DNA of 64,000 nt from Patescibacteria group bacterium (lineage in GTDB: Bacteria > Patescibacteriota > Patescibacteriia > Magasanikbacterales > GWA2-37-8): contig JBAZUP010000001.1 in the NCBI GenBank assembly GCA_041661385.1, positions 7,382 to 71,381 on the forward strand, given 5' to 3'. Made by a program: the position numbers and the translations under genes. The notes beneath the pieces were generated by a model that saw only the letters and a list, made by a program, of their open reading frames with translations, had not been told where the DNA came from and made no database searches. Shown here in pieces: positions 17,739 to 27,252 of this stretch; position 1 is the stretch's first letter, and each line of letters starts with the position of its first letter.

Positions 17739-19505
17739 TTATGGTGTGACGATTGCTCCGTTCTTAAATCCTTTATCTGTATTCGGAAGAATGTTTGAAG
17801 TATTATTCAGTTTAATATTAAATTCTTTACCAACCTCATCATCAATTCCGTAATAGGTTGTTGCCGAAATTAAGTTTAAAATATATCCGGCCTGTTCAGC
17901 TTTGGGGGTCACAGACACTTCAAAATAGAATCCGCTTTCACTGTCCGCAGGTACAGCGCTGTCATAAGTCCAGCTCATAGTTCGGTTTGCCTGGTTAAAA
18001 ATCAATTCAGGCCCGATTGTTACGCTTTGTTTCCCGGTAAAGGTGACTCCGGGAGCTAGGGTAAAAATTAAGCGATTGCCACGCAGGGAATTTATTTTGT
18101 CAAAAAGGGTAGTGAATATCCAATATTTGGTTGTTTTGCCAACCTGTGGGGGTAGAAGTCCGCGGCCTAACTGGTCACCTTCATCGGTATAATATCTCGC
18201 CACACTGCGTAGAAATACTTCGGCGGAAAGGGAAATGCTCGTTGCGGATCCGTCGGTTGTAAAAGCTTGCCCCGGCATATCGGCTGCTTCGGCTTCAAAT
18301 ACAGGTTTGATTGTTAGGGTCTTTATTCCGGATGCTTTTTTGTCGAAGTTTGGAAGCAAATATATTTTTATATCAAATTGATCGCCCGAATTTGGTTTGC
18401 CATCGGACAGGGTTGTGCGAGTTTTTTCATTAATTATCAGGTTGTTGCCATCTTTGGTTAGGTGGTTTTCGGTGGCAGTAAGAGCGAGGTCGACTACGCC
18501 AGGTGTGGTTTGGATAATAATCTTTTGGTTTTTTAATGAAAACTGGCTATCATTTTTCCACATTATTCTCACTGGTAAAATTGAAAGCGGTTCCGCATAG
18601 GGTGGAGCTTCTTGCAGTCTGGTCGAAAGAGTAATTCGCGGACTAAACAATTCTAGCCGGTTTTTTTGAGTGCTTTGAATAAAAGTTTTTCCATTAATAA
18701 TCACTCTGGTGTCTGCAGTAAATAGATAATTTCCTCCTTTGGTCGGAGTAAAGAATGTTTCTGAGTAGGAAGTGGTGGCATTTGGAGGTAGTTCAAATAC
18801 CTTATCTATCATTTTTCCGTTAATGTTTAATCGGATATCAGACAGGGTAATATTTCCGGTATTTATTAAATCTACTGAATAGGGTATTTTTTGATTAGAA
18901 AAAGTTTTTGATGGTGAGTTGAGGGTCGCGTGCAAAACGCTGTCTGTAAGAGTGAGTAAATAAATACCAGAAGATTGATCAATATTTGTATTTCCTTCGG
19001 GCTTAAATGAAAGAGTTGCAATTAATTTTTCTGTTTCATTAATATTAGACCAAAGCGTTCCATAGATATCGGCAGAACCGTGGCTTCCGGGCGGAAGGGA
19101 GCCGATTGTAATGGTGTGGTTTTTGAGATCAAGATTAGAAGTGAGTTTTTCGTCAACAATAAACCCCTGAGGTAATCGCAAGGCAAGAATCGCGTTATTA
19201 AGATTTTGTTTGCTGTTGTTTGTATAGTCGATAGAAAGATGTACCGGACTGCCGCTTTTTATTCGTTCTGATCCAAGTGATATAGAAATAGCTACTTCAC
19301 TTCCAATACTGGGTTTCCATGTGAAAAAGAAAGCGCTGCTGCCGAACATTAAAATGGCAAATCCAAGTAGAAACATGTCAAACACAAATAGTTGTTTGGC
19401 GTGTTCATAAACACCGTGATACTTGCGGTGGTAATGGTTATGAAAGAAATTGTAGATAGCTTTAATCATTTGATTGATATTATACCTTACTCCTCGTGCA
19501 AACAA
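17739..19505 (-). CDS. membrane-anchored large extracellular protein (hypothetical, beta-rich)
   Basis: N-terminal TM (LLGFAILMFGSSAFFFTW) then ~520 aa of S/T/N-rich domain. Same operon as the HTH gene. Confidence 0.5.
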   Translation of the reverse strand: MFARGVRYNINQMIKAIYNFFHNHYHRKYHGVYEHAKQLFVFDMFLLGFAILMFGSSAFFFTWKPSIGSEVAISISLGSERIKSGSPVHLSIDYTNNSKQNLNNAILALRLPQGFIVDEKLTSNLDLKNHTITIGSLPPGSHGSADIYGTLWSNINETEKLIATLSFKPEGNTNIDQSSGIYLLTLTDSVLHATLNSPSKTFSNQKIPYSVDLINTGNITLSDIRLNINGKMIDKVFELPPNATTSYSETFFTPTKGGNYLFTADTRVIINGKTFIQSTQKNRLELFSPRITLSTRLQEAPPYAEPLSILPVRIMWKNDSQFSLKNQKIIIQTTPGVVDLALTATENHLTKDGNNLIINEKTRTTLSDGKPNSGDQFDIKIYLLPNFDKKASGIKTLTIKPVFEAEAADMPGQAFTTDGSATSISLSAEVFLRSVARYYTDEGDQLGRGLLPPQVGKTTKYWIFTTLFDKINSLRGNRLIFTLAPGVTFTGKQSVTIGPELIFNQANRTMSWTYDSAVPADSESGFYFEVSVTPKAEQAGYILNLISATTYYGIDDEVGKEFNIKLNNTSNILPNTDKGFKNGAIVTP

Positions 19506-19514
19506 AAACTCCCC

Positions 19515-19895
19515 TTATTGAAGTGGGGGAGTTGGTTTGTTGTTTAAAACTGGGGGAACAGCCGGTTTGTTTGTTTCACCGGTTTCAGTCGGTAATTTTG
19601 GTTTTATAGACTTTGGGTTGGGGGAGTAGAGTGGGTTCTTTATTTTCCACTTATCCACATATTGTCCAATACCTTTTTTAAGCAATTTGTTTTTTACGGT
19701 GGTATGTCGTTGTGACCATTTAACTAAGCTTTCAAAATTAAGTTTATATCGTCCGGAAACTACCACATAAGTTACTTCCTGAGATCGTATTGCACGACGG
19801 ATTGTTTGCGAATTAACACCAAAAAGCCGGGCTGCCTCGGATATAGATACCCGAATTAGCTCTTTCTGCTCTTTGTTATTTATGTCTTCGGCCAT
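19515..19895 (-). CDS. helix-turn-helix DNA-binding protein (excisionase/MerR-like HTH) with Pro-rich tail
   Basis: HTH segment ISEAARLFGVNSQTIRRAI. Start taken at the ATG at 19895 (MAEDINN); the track's start at 19940 would overlap the operator. Confidence 0.55.
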   Translation of the reverse strand: MAEDINNKEQKELIRVSISEAARLFGVNSQTIRRAIRSQEVTYVVVSGRYKLNFESLVKWSQRHTTVKNKLLKKGIGQYVDKWKIKNPLYSPNPKSIKPKLPTETGETNKPAVPPVLNNKPTPPLQ

Positions 19896-19901
19896 AGTAT
19901 T

Positions 19902-19930
19902 TGTACACGGTTGTATACGATAGTGTATAC
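19902..19930. promoter_or_regulatory. operator-like palindrome array: tgtacacggttgtatacgatagtgtataca
   Basis: Three TGTAYACR half-site palindromes directly upstream of the HTH gene start. Confidence 0.45.
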
Positions 19931-19988
19931 ATCCTAGCATAAAATCGATTATTTGTCAAGGGGTAAGGCATTAAAAATATTTTATGTT

Positions 19989-20008
19989 TGTATACAATAT
20001 TGTATACA
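19989..20008. promoter_or_regulatory. operator-like site tgtatacaatattgtataca
   Basis: Two TGTATACA palindromes 4 bp apart. Confidence 0.45.
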
Positions 20009-20069
20009 AACTTTAATACAAAATGGCTAAAATAAGCGATTCACATTTGAAAAAATATGGCATTTTTTT

Positions 20070-20089
20070 TGTATACAATAGCGTATACA
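20070..20089. promoter_or_regulatory. operator-like site tgtatacaatagcgtataca
   Basis: Near-identical copy of the 19989 site. Confidence 0.45.
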
Positions 20090-20097
20090 AATATCAA

Positions 20098-20470
20098 ATA
20101 TGCGCGGCCTCAGCCGCGCTATTTTTTTATATCGCCCTGTCGGGCGGATGTTCGCTACCCCATTTGTGCAAACAAACGGGGTAGCACCCCAAAATTGCCT
20201 CGCAGTTGTTTCACTCGACAAATGTCACGTCGAAATCAAAACGATTTTTTCAAAGGTGCATAGTCGCATTGAAAAAATCTAATTTCGCCGGCCATTTGCT
20301 CTCGTTCCACAAAGGCTCGGGGGGACATTTGTTGGCCAACCAGTGGGGGTTTGGGGGCCGCCAGCTGTTTGAGGAGCTCGCGCGACGAGTTCTGCCGGCC
20401 CCCAGAACCTTTTGATTACTTTTCAGTTATGAAAAGTGATGCCGCCGGCAGGGCTAAGGAAATAAGTATT
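20098..20470 (+). repeat. intergenic modular repeat, copy B
   Basis: Starts with the same gcgcggcctcagccgcgc hairpin + T-run. ~95% identity to copy A over module M1. Shares M2-M4 with compensatory stem differences. Confidence 0.6.
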
Positions 20471-20665
20471 ATAGAGAAATGATTGAATTGATTGAGCCTG
20501 CCCGCAATGCTACGCATAGCGTTGCAGGCGGGCGACAGCGAGAAAGGGTTCCTCGACTACGCTCGGAATGACATTTTGTCCAGTTTAATTGTCAGAGATG
20601 CATATATATGAGCGAATATGCAAAAATCCGCTAAAATACGCCATTTCCCCAAAATATCCCAATGT

Positions 20666-20694
20666 TTGACTATTCACCCATATTTTGATACTAT
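20666..20694 (+). promoter_or_regulatory. sigma70-like promoter (TTGACT-17 nt-TACTAT) upstream of the ECF sigma gene
   Basis: TTGACT at 20666-20671, TACTAT at 20689-20694. Confidence 0.4.
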
Positions 20695-20795
20695 ATGCCT
20701 TAATTATGTCAGCATTCGGAACCGTTATATATAATAGATAAAGGGAGGTTAAAGTGGCCTAGTGTAACACTTTTATTTTTTTTGCGTCTACTATA

Positions 20796-21350
20796 ATGTC
20801 AGGTAAATTCTCAGAGAAAATTCTACTGTACCGATTGAAGACGAAGAACGATCCAGAGAGCTACGCGAAACTCTACGACACATACGTGGAACAGATTTAT
20901 CGTTTCGTATATTTTAAAGTGTCCGGTAGAGAAGAAGCAGAAGACATCACCTCGGATGTTTTTTTAAAAGCTTGGCACTATGTACAAGAGGGGCGCGATA
21001 TCAAAAATTTTAAAGCTTTGCTTTATAAAATTGCCCGCAACTGCGTCATAGATTTATATCGAAAAAAATCCTCAAAACCAGAAAGTTATTTAGAAGATCA
21101 GTTGGCAAAAGGTTTTGAAGCTGGCGATCGTGGCGCCTGGTTAAAAAAAGAAACTACCGCGATTGATTCCGAACAAATTTTAAAAGCGTTAAAAAAATTA
21201 AAACAAGAATATCAGGAAGTGATTACGCTCCGGTATGTGGATGAACTTGAAGTAAGTGAGATAGCCGAAATAGTTGGTAAGGGGCCGGTGGCCGTGCGGG
21301 TCACGATTCATCGGGCGATTACAAAACTTAAAACATTTTTGGAAGAATAA
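20796..21350 (+). CDS. RNA polymerase sigma factor, ECF (sigma-70 family group 4)
   Basis: Region 2 (IYRFVYFKVSG...DITSDVFLKAWH) and region 4 HTH (ITLRYVDELEVSEIAEIVG...AVRVTIHRAITKLK). 184 aa. Confidence 0.85.
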   Translation: MSGKFSEKILLYRLKTKNDPESYAKLYDTYVEQIYRFVYFKVSGREEAEDITSDVFLKAWHYVQEGRDIKNFKALLYKIARNCVIDLYRKKSSKPESYLEDQLAKGFEAGDRGAWLKKETTAIDSEQILKALKKLKQEYQEVITLRYVDELEVSEIAEIVGKGPVAVRVTIHRAITKLKTFLEE

Positions 21351-21356
21351 ACACTT

Positions 21357-22724
21357 ATGAGTCGCGAACTCAAGCGACAACTGAATTCAATGAAGCATGA
21401 GGCTGTAAAGCCAAATGCTGAATGGGTGGCTAAAAACCGCTCGCTTTTGCTTTCTCAAATAAAAAATACTATTCCTCAAAAAGTAAAGGTATCTTTTAAT
21501 ACTCGTTTTGAAGCGGTACTTGCCATCCTTATGCCAGAATCTTTGGTATCCGGCACAGTACGTTTTGTAGCTATCTCACTCATTGTGGTTATGGTTGCTC
21601 CTTCTTTGTATTACGGTACAGTCATGGCTTCGCAAGAATCTTTGCCAGGTGAAAATCTTTATGGCGCCAAACGTTATGCAGAAAAAATTCAGGTTACAGT
21701 AGTTGGTCTTATCGGTAACACCTCAGATGAAACCAAATTGCATGTTGAGCTCGCCAAAAAACGCGCCGATGAAACTAGTAAAATTATTAATGATCCTTCA
21801 AAAATGTCCAATGTTGCTAATACCGTTGCGGACTTACGAAGTGAAATGAATACGATTAGTGATAAATTAGACCAGAGTAAAAATTCCGGCACCATGTCAG
21901 CAGGGGACGCTCAAAATATCAAACAAAACACCGATCAAATTAAGGAAGTTTTACAGGTTGCCAAAAATGATTTAATGGCTGTTTCCGCTGGAAATGATCG
22001 TACTTTAAATGAAGTAAAACAAACCAAAGATTTAGTTCAAGATGTTTCAATGCAGGCCGTAGAAGTTATGGTTACCAAACACCTTGAAGGTGATACCTCA
22101 GTTTCTAAAGCAGAAGTAAAAGCTGCTATTGATTCCACTGTTCAAACCTCAGTTGGTGAAGTTGCTCAATCCAGAGAAAATATTGCCGGCATGCAGACGA
22201 TTTTACAAACTGCCAAATCTGATGTTGGCGGTTTGGTAAATGATTTTAAAGGTTCCGCCATGTCCAGCACCACTCAAGAAATAACAAATAAAATTGCCGT
22301 CGTTTATGACAAAGCCAACCAAGCCGTGCAAGTTACCGATACGATTAGCGAGGAAGCTGGTCGAAAGGCGGTAGAGGTTAAGGCTTTACTTGGTTCCGAT
22401 AATTTAGCTGGAGCAGTAGATCGAATGAAAGAATTGTCACAGGCCTCAAAAGATATTGAAACCATTTCTGATAAAACTATTGAACAAACTCAACCGCTCA
22501 TTCCTATTGTGCAGGTTGTAAAAGATGTTGTCGCAAGTGGCACCACTTCTAGTATCGATATTGTTTCGAGTTCAGTAAAATTATTAACAATTGATGCAAT
22601 TATTTCGACTGGTACCATTAATACCACCAGTCTCACTACTTTACCGCTACCGAAATATCCGACCAGTACTATTAGTACTACACCGAAAGTTCAGTCCAGC
22701 ACGCCGCCAATTAGTACACATTAA
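21357..22724 (+). CDS. putative membrane-bound anti-sigma factor / extracytoplasmic sensor
   Basis: 6 bp downstream of the ECF sigma gene. Single TM (FVAISLIVVMVAPSLYY). Long extracytoplasmic, probably coiled-coil region, and a T/S/P-rich tail. Confidence 0.45.
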   Translation: MSRELKRQLNSMKHEAVKPNAEWVAKNRSLLLSQIKNTIPQKVKVSFNTRFEAVLAILMPESLVSGTVRFVAISLIVVMVAPSLYYGTVMASQESLPGENLYGAKRYAEKIQVTVVGLIGNTSDETKLHVELAKKRADETSKIINDPSKMSNVANTVADLRSEMNTISDKLDQSKNSGTMSAGDAQNIKQNTDQIKEVLQVAKNDLMAVSAGNDRTLNEVKQTKDLVQDVSMQAVEVMVTKHLEGDTSVSKAEVKAAIDSTVQTSVGEVAQSRENIAGMQTILQTAKSDVGGLVNDFKGSAMSSTTQEITNKIAVVYDKANQAVQVTDTISEEAGRKAVEVKALLGSDNLAGAVDRMKELSQASKDIETISDKTIEQTQPLIPIVQVVKDVVASGTTSSIDIVSSSVKLLTIDAIISTGTINTTSLTTLPLPKYPTSTISTTPKVQSSTPPISTH

Positions 22725-22954
22725 TTTATTTATTCAGGTATCCTCTCCCTCCCTGCAACAAAAAGATTTGTTACAGAGAGGGGAGGGAATACGTTATAAA
22801 CCCGAATCAGTTATAAATGTCGAGAGGTGAATAGTCACCTTGGCTGGTTCATTAGTAGTGGATATCGAAGGTCGCAAGGTTTTCGAGTCCGCTCCGCCCT
22901 AAATCGCGATTCCGTCCGGAAAAGCGGTTTGGAGTGATAATATTTATATTTATT

Positions 22955-25900
22955 ATGCAGAATGTATTAAAATTAGGCCGTAAAGTCCTAACCGTTAGTA
23001 CCGTCTTCAGTACCATTTTGTGGTCTGTAGGTGTCTCAGCTTTGGTACCAGCAATGGCCCAAGCCGAAACCTGCCCAACTTTCAAGTCGGGTGACCTCAT
23101 TAAAGTAACTGGCCGACCAGCCATTTACGCTGTTGATTCTAACGGCAAAGTTCTTTATTTCCCAAGTGGAGATGAATTCAAGAGTTGGAATTCCAATGAT
23201 TCCTACGGTGGTTATACCGCCATTTCACAAGCATGTTACGACGCGCTTCCAGTGCCAAGTATGGCCCCAATGGGTGTCAACTTCCGCCCTGGTTCATATG
23301 TTGTCAAGCGCATTTCCTCAGATCAATTATATGTAATAGAACCAAACAACACTTTGGCCAAAGTTACCTCTGAGGTAGCCAAAGCATTGTATGGAACTAC
23401 CTACAAAGCAAGAACAGTAGCCGATGTATTCTGGAACAGTTACACCAACCGTGCAGCTGATCTTACAGAAGCAAAAGCTCACCCAGGCATGCTCATCAGC
23501 AATGGTGGCAAAACCTATTTTGTGAACACCGACGGCTCACTTTCACAAGTTTCAGCCACTGGTTTCACAGCCAACCGCTTCAAACAAGCCTTCGTTCGCC
23601 CGGTCGCCAGCATCGCTGGTTTCACCATGGGTGCCGAAATTGCTGCTGAAGACGGAAAGACTTCTGACCGAACTCAAACTGGCGGCGTAGTTGCAACCAT
23701 TCCTGGTGGCACCGTTTCCGGCGGTTCTGTTTCAGTTGGTCTCGCAATCGATAACCCAGCAGCCGGTTTATTGGCTTCTGGTACCGCTTTCAATAAAGTA
23801 TTGAAAGTTACTTTGACTGCCGGTTCCGCTGATGTTGCTGTTACTGGTTTAACCCTCAAGAAGAGCGGTTTTGCTGCTAACTCAGCTATCAACGGCGCTG
23901 ATGTTGTAGATGCTTCTGGAGTTCGCCACGGCAACGTGTCCGGATCCATTGACACCGACAACAACCTCACCCTATTGTTCTCTGGCTCTCCAATTGTTGT
24001 AAAAGCCAATTCCAGCCAGACTGTAACAGTTCGCGTGAATATTGCCGCATCTGGTACCACCGGTACCATGCAGTTCAGCTTAGCTGGTTCAGGTTCTGTC
24101 ACCACCAACGGTGGTTCAGTATCCGGCAGCTTCCCTGTCACTGGTAACGTTTTCACCTTACAAGATGGTTCAAACGCTATTGCCGCAGTAGCATTGAATG
24201 AACAACCAGTTAACGCCTCTGGCGCTACCTTGAACGTTGATTCAAACAATGAACAAGAAATTGCGAAGTTCTCAATCAATGAAACATCCAGCCGTGAAAA
24301 TGTTCAATTAAGCAGCCTTACCCTTTACAACAATGGTACTTCTGCTGACACTGACATCCAAGATGTTCAATTGGTTGGACAAGACGGCACCGTTCTTGCC
24401 ACAGCTCAACAGCTCAACAAGACCGTTGTCTTCAGCCTCGTCCCTGCTTATAACATCGACAAAGGCGTCACCAAGAACTTTACCGTTCGCGCTAAAATCG
24501 TAAATGGTGCAGCTCGTACCATTCAATTCGTAGTTTACAATGACTATGATGCGATTTTGGTCGGTGGTAACACTGGTGCAAACATCTTACCAACAACCAC
24601 CTCTGGTGGAACTGCTGGTACAGGTACAACTTTCCCAGTAGGTAACAAGACCAGTTATAACCTTGTAACTATTGGTTCAGGTTCTATCAGCTTTAACAAG
24701 GACACCTCTTCACCTTCATCCGCTATTTCCCCAGGAACTAACGGTGTTGTAATCGCGAAATTCTTCGCGAAGCCAACTGGTGAAAACATGGAACTCCGCC
24801 AAATTTCCTTGAACATCGTCACTTCGACCCCGTCATTATTGACTGGTTCAGTAGTTGTCAAGGTTAATGGCGCTTCCGTATGGAGTGGTTCGCCAGCATT
24901 ATTTGCCGGTGCCGCATTAACAGAAACCCTTTCTTCCTATCCTGTCTTGACTGCTGGTCAGAACAGCTACATTACGGTTGAAAGCAATGTTATGAGTGGT
25001 GCTGCTAGTGGCGAAACAGTTTACGCCGCTATGGACCTCGTCCAAGTTAAACGCTTAGTAACCAACGACATTGTTGACCCAGGCACAAACAGCTCACAAG
25101 GCAACACCTTGGCTGTGCAAGCTGCCGCACTGAAGGTAACCACCATGGCTACCCCAGTTGCGCAGAGTGTAGTTGCCGGTTCAGCCGGTGTAGTACTTGC
25201 CAACATTGAATTAAATGCTGGTACAGTATCTTCTGGTGAAGACGTCCGAGTTTCCAAAATTGTCATTTCTGACGTTTGGTCAGGAACTTTGACTGATATT
25301 GGAAACCTCGCATTGTATGATGCTAATGGTAATCAGATTGTGACTACCGCAAGCACCGCTACTAATGCCGCTTCATCTTCGTTCAACCTTGCCAACCCAA
25401 TCACTGTGCCAAAAGCCGGTGCTGTTACTCTCACTCTAAAAGGTGATGTATTAACTGGTACCACTTCAACCCACAAATTCTCCGTTGCTAGCATTGCGGA
25501 CGTTACTGCTACTGGCATTTCAACTGGTAACTCTTTGAGTTCAACCATTACGGGTGGCGTTGGTTCTGGTCAGTTATTGTCCGTTACTGGCTCTGGCACA
25601 TTGTCATTGTCCACAGTTTCTGGTGGTTCAGCCTCACCTTCGAACGACCAAACAGTCCTCGTTGGTCAGACTGCCGTTCCAGTATTCGCAGTTAAATTAA
25701 CTGCACAAAATGAACCAATTAAGATCACCAGCTTCAAGATTACCGCTACTGGTACTATTGGTACATCTAACGACATTGTGAACTTGAAACTTTATCGTGA
25801 CAACGATACAGCTCCGTTCGCATCTGCTGGTCAAATGAACTACGTCAGTGCAAACAACTACACATACACTTGGACTGCTACCGATAACCTGCTCCCAGCA

Positions 25901-26623
25901 GCGGTACAACCAGGCACCCCAGTAACCATCTACGTCAAAGCTGACGTAGGTGCACAGGGAAATGTAGTTATCGGTGACAGCTTCCGCTTCGCATTCGCCA
26001 CCAACACCGACATCGGTGCCAAGGGCGCTTCCAGCGGTCAGACTTTGGTCAATGCTTCTATAGTTGGTACTCCAGCTGTAACTGCATTCACTTCCATTGT
26101 TCCGTTCAGCGTTTCACTCGCTGCACAGGCTCCAACTGGCAACCAGACTCAATCAATTGTGGCTGGCACTCAGTTAGCAATTGTTAAAATCACCAACAAT
26201 GGTGGTTCAAAGATTACTGTTACCGGTGTTAAATTCACTGATAATGGTACTCACTCTGGTTCAACCACAACTTACAAGTTGTATTACTCAGATTTGAACT
26301 CTGTTAATTTCGTTGGTAACACAGCTTCTAGTACTTGGACTAGCGTAGATTTCTCGAATCTTACTGCTTCAAGCACAGGCACCGGTCCCTTCACCATTGA
26401 TGGTGGAGCCTACCGCTACGTCACTGTTGCTATCAATACACTTGGTTCCGCTGTTTCTGGAGATAACTTCCAATTGTCAATTGCATCACTTGGTGATGTG
26501 AAATACTCAGTTGTTGGTTCAGATCTCGGTTATAGCGTAGATGCCAGTGGTAATTTGGCAACTGTTGCAACCGGTCTCAAAGCTGATGGAAAACCATCCT
26601 TAGCCACTCTTTCCAAGCAATAA
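22955..26623 (+). CDS. giant secreted surface protein (S-layer/adhesin-like, T/S/G/V-rich beta repeats)
   Basis: Sec signal peptide MQNVLKLGRKVLTVSTVFSTILWSVGVSALVPAMA|QA. ~1220 aa rich in Thr/Ser/Gly/Val/Ala with repeated Ig-like segments. First ATG at 22955; the track's GTG is at 22934. Confidence 0.6.
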   Translation: MQNVLKLGRKVLTVSTVFSTILWSVGVSALVPAMAQAETCPTFKSGDLIKVTGRPAIYAVDSNGKVLYFPSGDEFKSWNSNDSYGGYTAISQACYDALPVPSMAPMGVNFRPGSYVVKRISSDQLYVIEPNNTLAKVTSEVAKALYGTTYKARTVADVFWNSYTNRAADLTEAKAHPGMLISNGGKTYFVNTDGSLSQVSATGFTANRFKQAFVRPVASIAGFTMGAEIAAEDGKTSDRTQTGGVVATIPGGTVSGGSVSVGLAIDNPAAGLLASGTAFNKVLKVTLTAGSADVAVTGLTLKKSGFAANSAINGADVVDASGVRHGNVSGSIDTDNNLTLLFSGSPIVVKANSSQTVTVRVNIAASGTTGTMQFSLAGSGSVTTNGGSVSGSFPVTGNVFTLQDGSNAIAAVALNEQPVNASGATLNVDSNNEQEIAKFSINETSSRENVQLSSLTLYNNGTSADTDIQDVQLVGQDGTVLATAQQLNKTVVFSLVPAYNIDKGVTKNFTVRAKIVNGAARTIQFVVYNDYDAILVGGNTGANILPTTTSGGTAGTGTTFPVGNKTSYNLVTIGSGSISFNKDTSSPSSAISPGTNGVVIAKFFAKPTGENMELRQISLNIVTSTPSLLTGSVVVKVNGASVWSGSPALFAGAALTETLSSYPVLTAGQNSYITVESNVMSGAASGETVYAAMDLVQVKRLVTNDIVDPGTNSSQGNTLAVQAAALKVTTMATPVAQSVVAGSAGVVLANIELNAGTVSSGEDVRVSKIVISDVWSGTLTDIGNLALYDANGNQIVTTASTATNAASSSFNLANPITVPKAGAVTLTLKGDVLTGTTSTHKFSVASIADVTATGISTGNSLSSTITGGVGSGQLLSVTGSGTLSLSTVSGGSASPSNDQTVLVGQTAVPVFAVKLTAQNEPIKITSFKITATGTIGTSNDIVNLKLYRDNDTAPFASAGQMNYVSANNYTYTWTATDNLLPAAVQPGTPVTIYVKADVGAQGNVVIGDSFRFAFATNTDIGAKGASSGQTLVNASIVGTPAVTAFTSIVPFSVSLAAQAPTGNQTQSIVAGTQLAIVKITNNGGSKITVTGVKFTDNGTHSGSTTTYKLYYSDLNSVNFVGNTASSTWTSVDFSNLTASSTGTGPFTIDGGAYRYVTVAINTLGSAVSGDNFQLSIASLGDVKYSVVGSDLGYSVDASGNLATVATGLKADGKPSLATLSKQ

Positions 26624-26676
26624 TCCGCTTGAGTTAGAAACTAAGCACAGTTTCTCGATAGCTCACAATCGTCAAA

Positions 26677-26708
26677 ACCACCTGCCTTCGGGCAGGTGGT
26701 TTTTGTTT
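26677..26708 (+). terminator. rho-independent terminator after the surface-protein gene
   Basis: accacctgcc-ttcg-ggcaggtggt followed by TTTTGTTT. Confidence 0.75.
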
Positions 26709-26734
26709 CCTTGGTTTTATTTTAAAACGTTTTT

Positions 26735-27190
26735 CCACCCATTTTGTGCGCCCAAAACGGGTGGATCCCAAAAGGCGCCGAGCTGATACTTAGCTCGGCA
26801 AATGCCTCGGCGAAATCAAAACGATTTTTTCAAAAGTGCAAGGTCGCATTGAAAAAATCTAATTTCGTCGGGCAGTTTGCGGCTCGCTTCATATAGGCTC
26901 GGTCACGAATTGTTACCAATTGGCGAGTCCGAGTCTTTTGTGAAGCGATGCCACTTGTCTGGGCGAGGTGAACGTGGGTGGCGCAGTTGTTTGAGCCCAC
27001 AGGCGAGTTCTGCGCCACAGTGAGACGAGCCCTAGAAAGTGGCGAAGTGGAACAACCGACTCGGAGCCTTTTTGGTTTCTTTTTGGGCGAACAAAAAGAA
27101 ACCGCTCGCCGCGCAGGCGTGGCAGCCAGTCCGGCGAGGACTGTTGTTTGAGTAACAGCCAGATTGGTGACTATCTTTGACAAAGACCCG
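26735..27190 (+). repeat. intergenic modular repeat, copy C
   Basis: Shares the loop-ttgtgc hairpin, module M2 (gattttttcaa...ttgaaaaaatc palindrome, ~90% identical to copy B) and a cagaactcg/ctcaaacagctg segment in inverted orientation. Confidence 0.55.
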
Positions 27191-27252
27191 TTATTTAACT
27201 ATAATAAGCGAAGCTTCAACCCCTTAATGAAGTCCCTTTTTTATAATTTATT

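Noticed and set aside
20102-20128. GC hairpin + T-run at the start of repeat copy B as a functional transcription terminator
   Set aside because: No + strand gene ends upstream of it (the preceding gene is on the minus strand). It is the conserved 5' module of the repeat, although it may still terminate or insulate transcription.
20787-20797. TATAAT hexamer at 20792-20797 as the -10 promoter element of the sigma factor gene
   Set aside because: It overlaps the ATG start codon at 20796, so it cannot serve that gene. The TTGACT-17-TACTAT at 20666-20694 is a better candidate.
23674-25909. Antisense ORFs (up to 201 aa) inside the 1229-aa surface-protein gene
   Set aside because: They lie within a long, compositionally biased gene (T/S/G/A-rich codons read in reverse). 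No start context or family.
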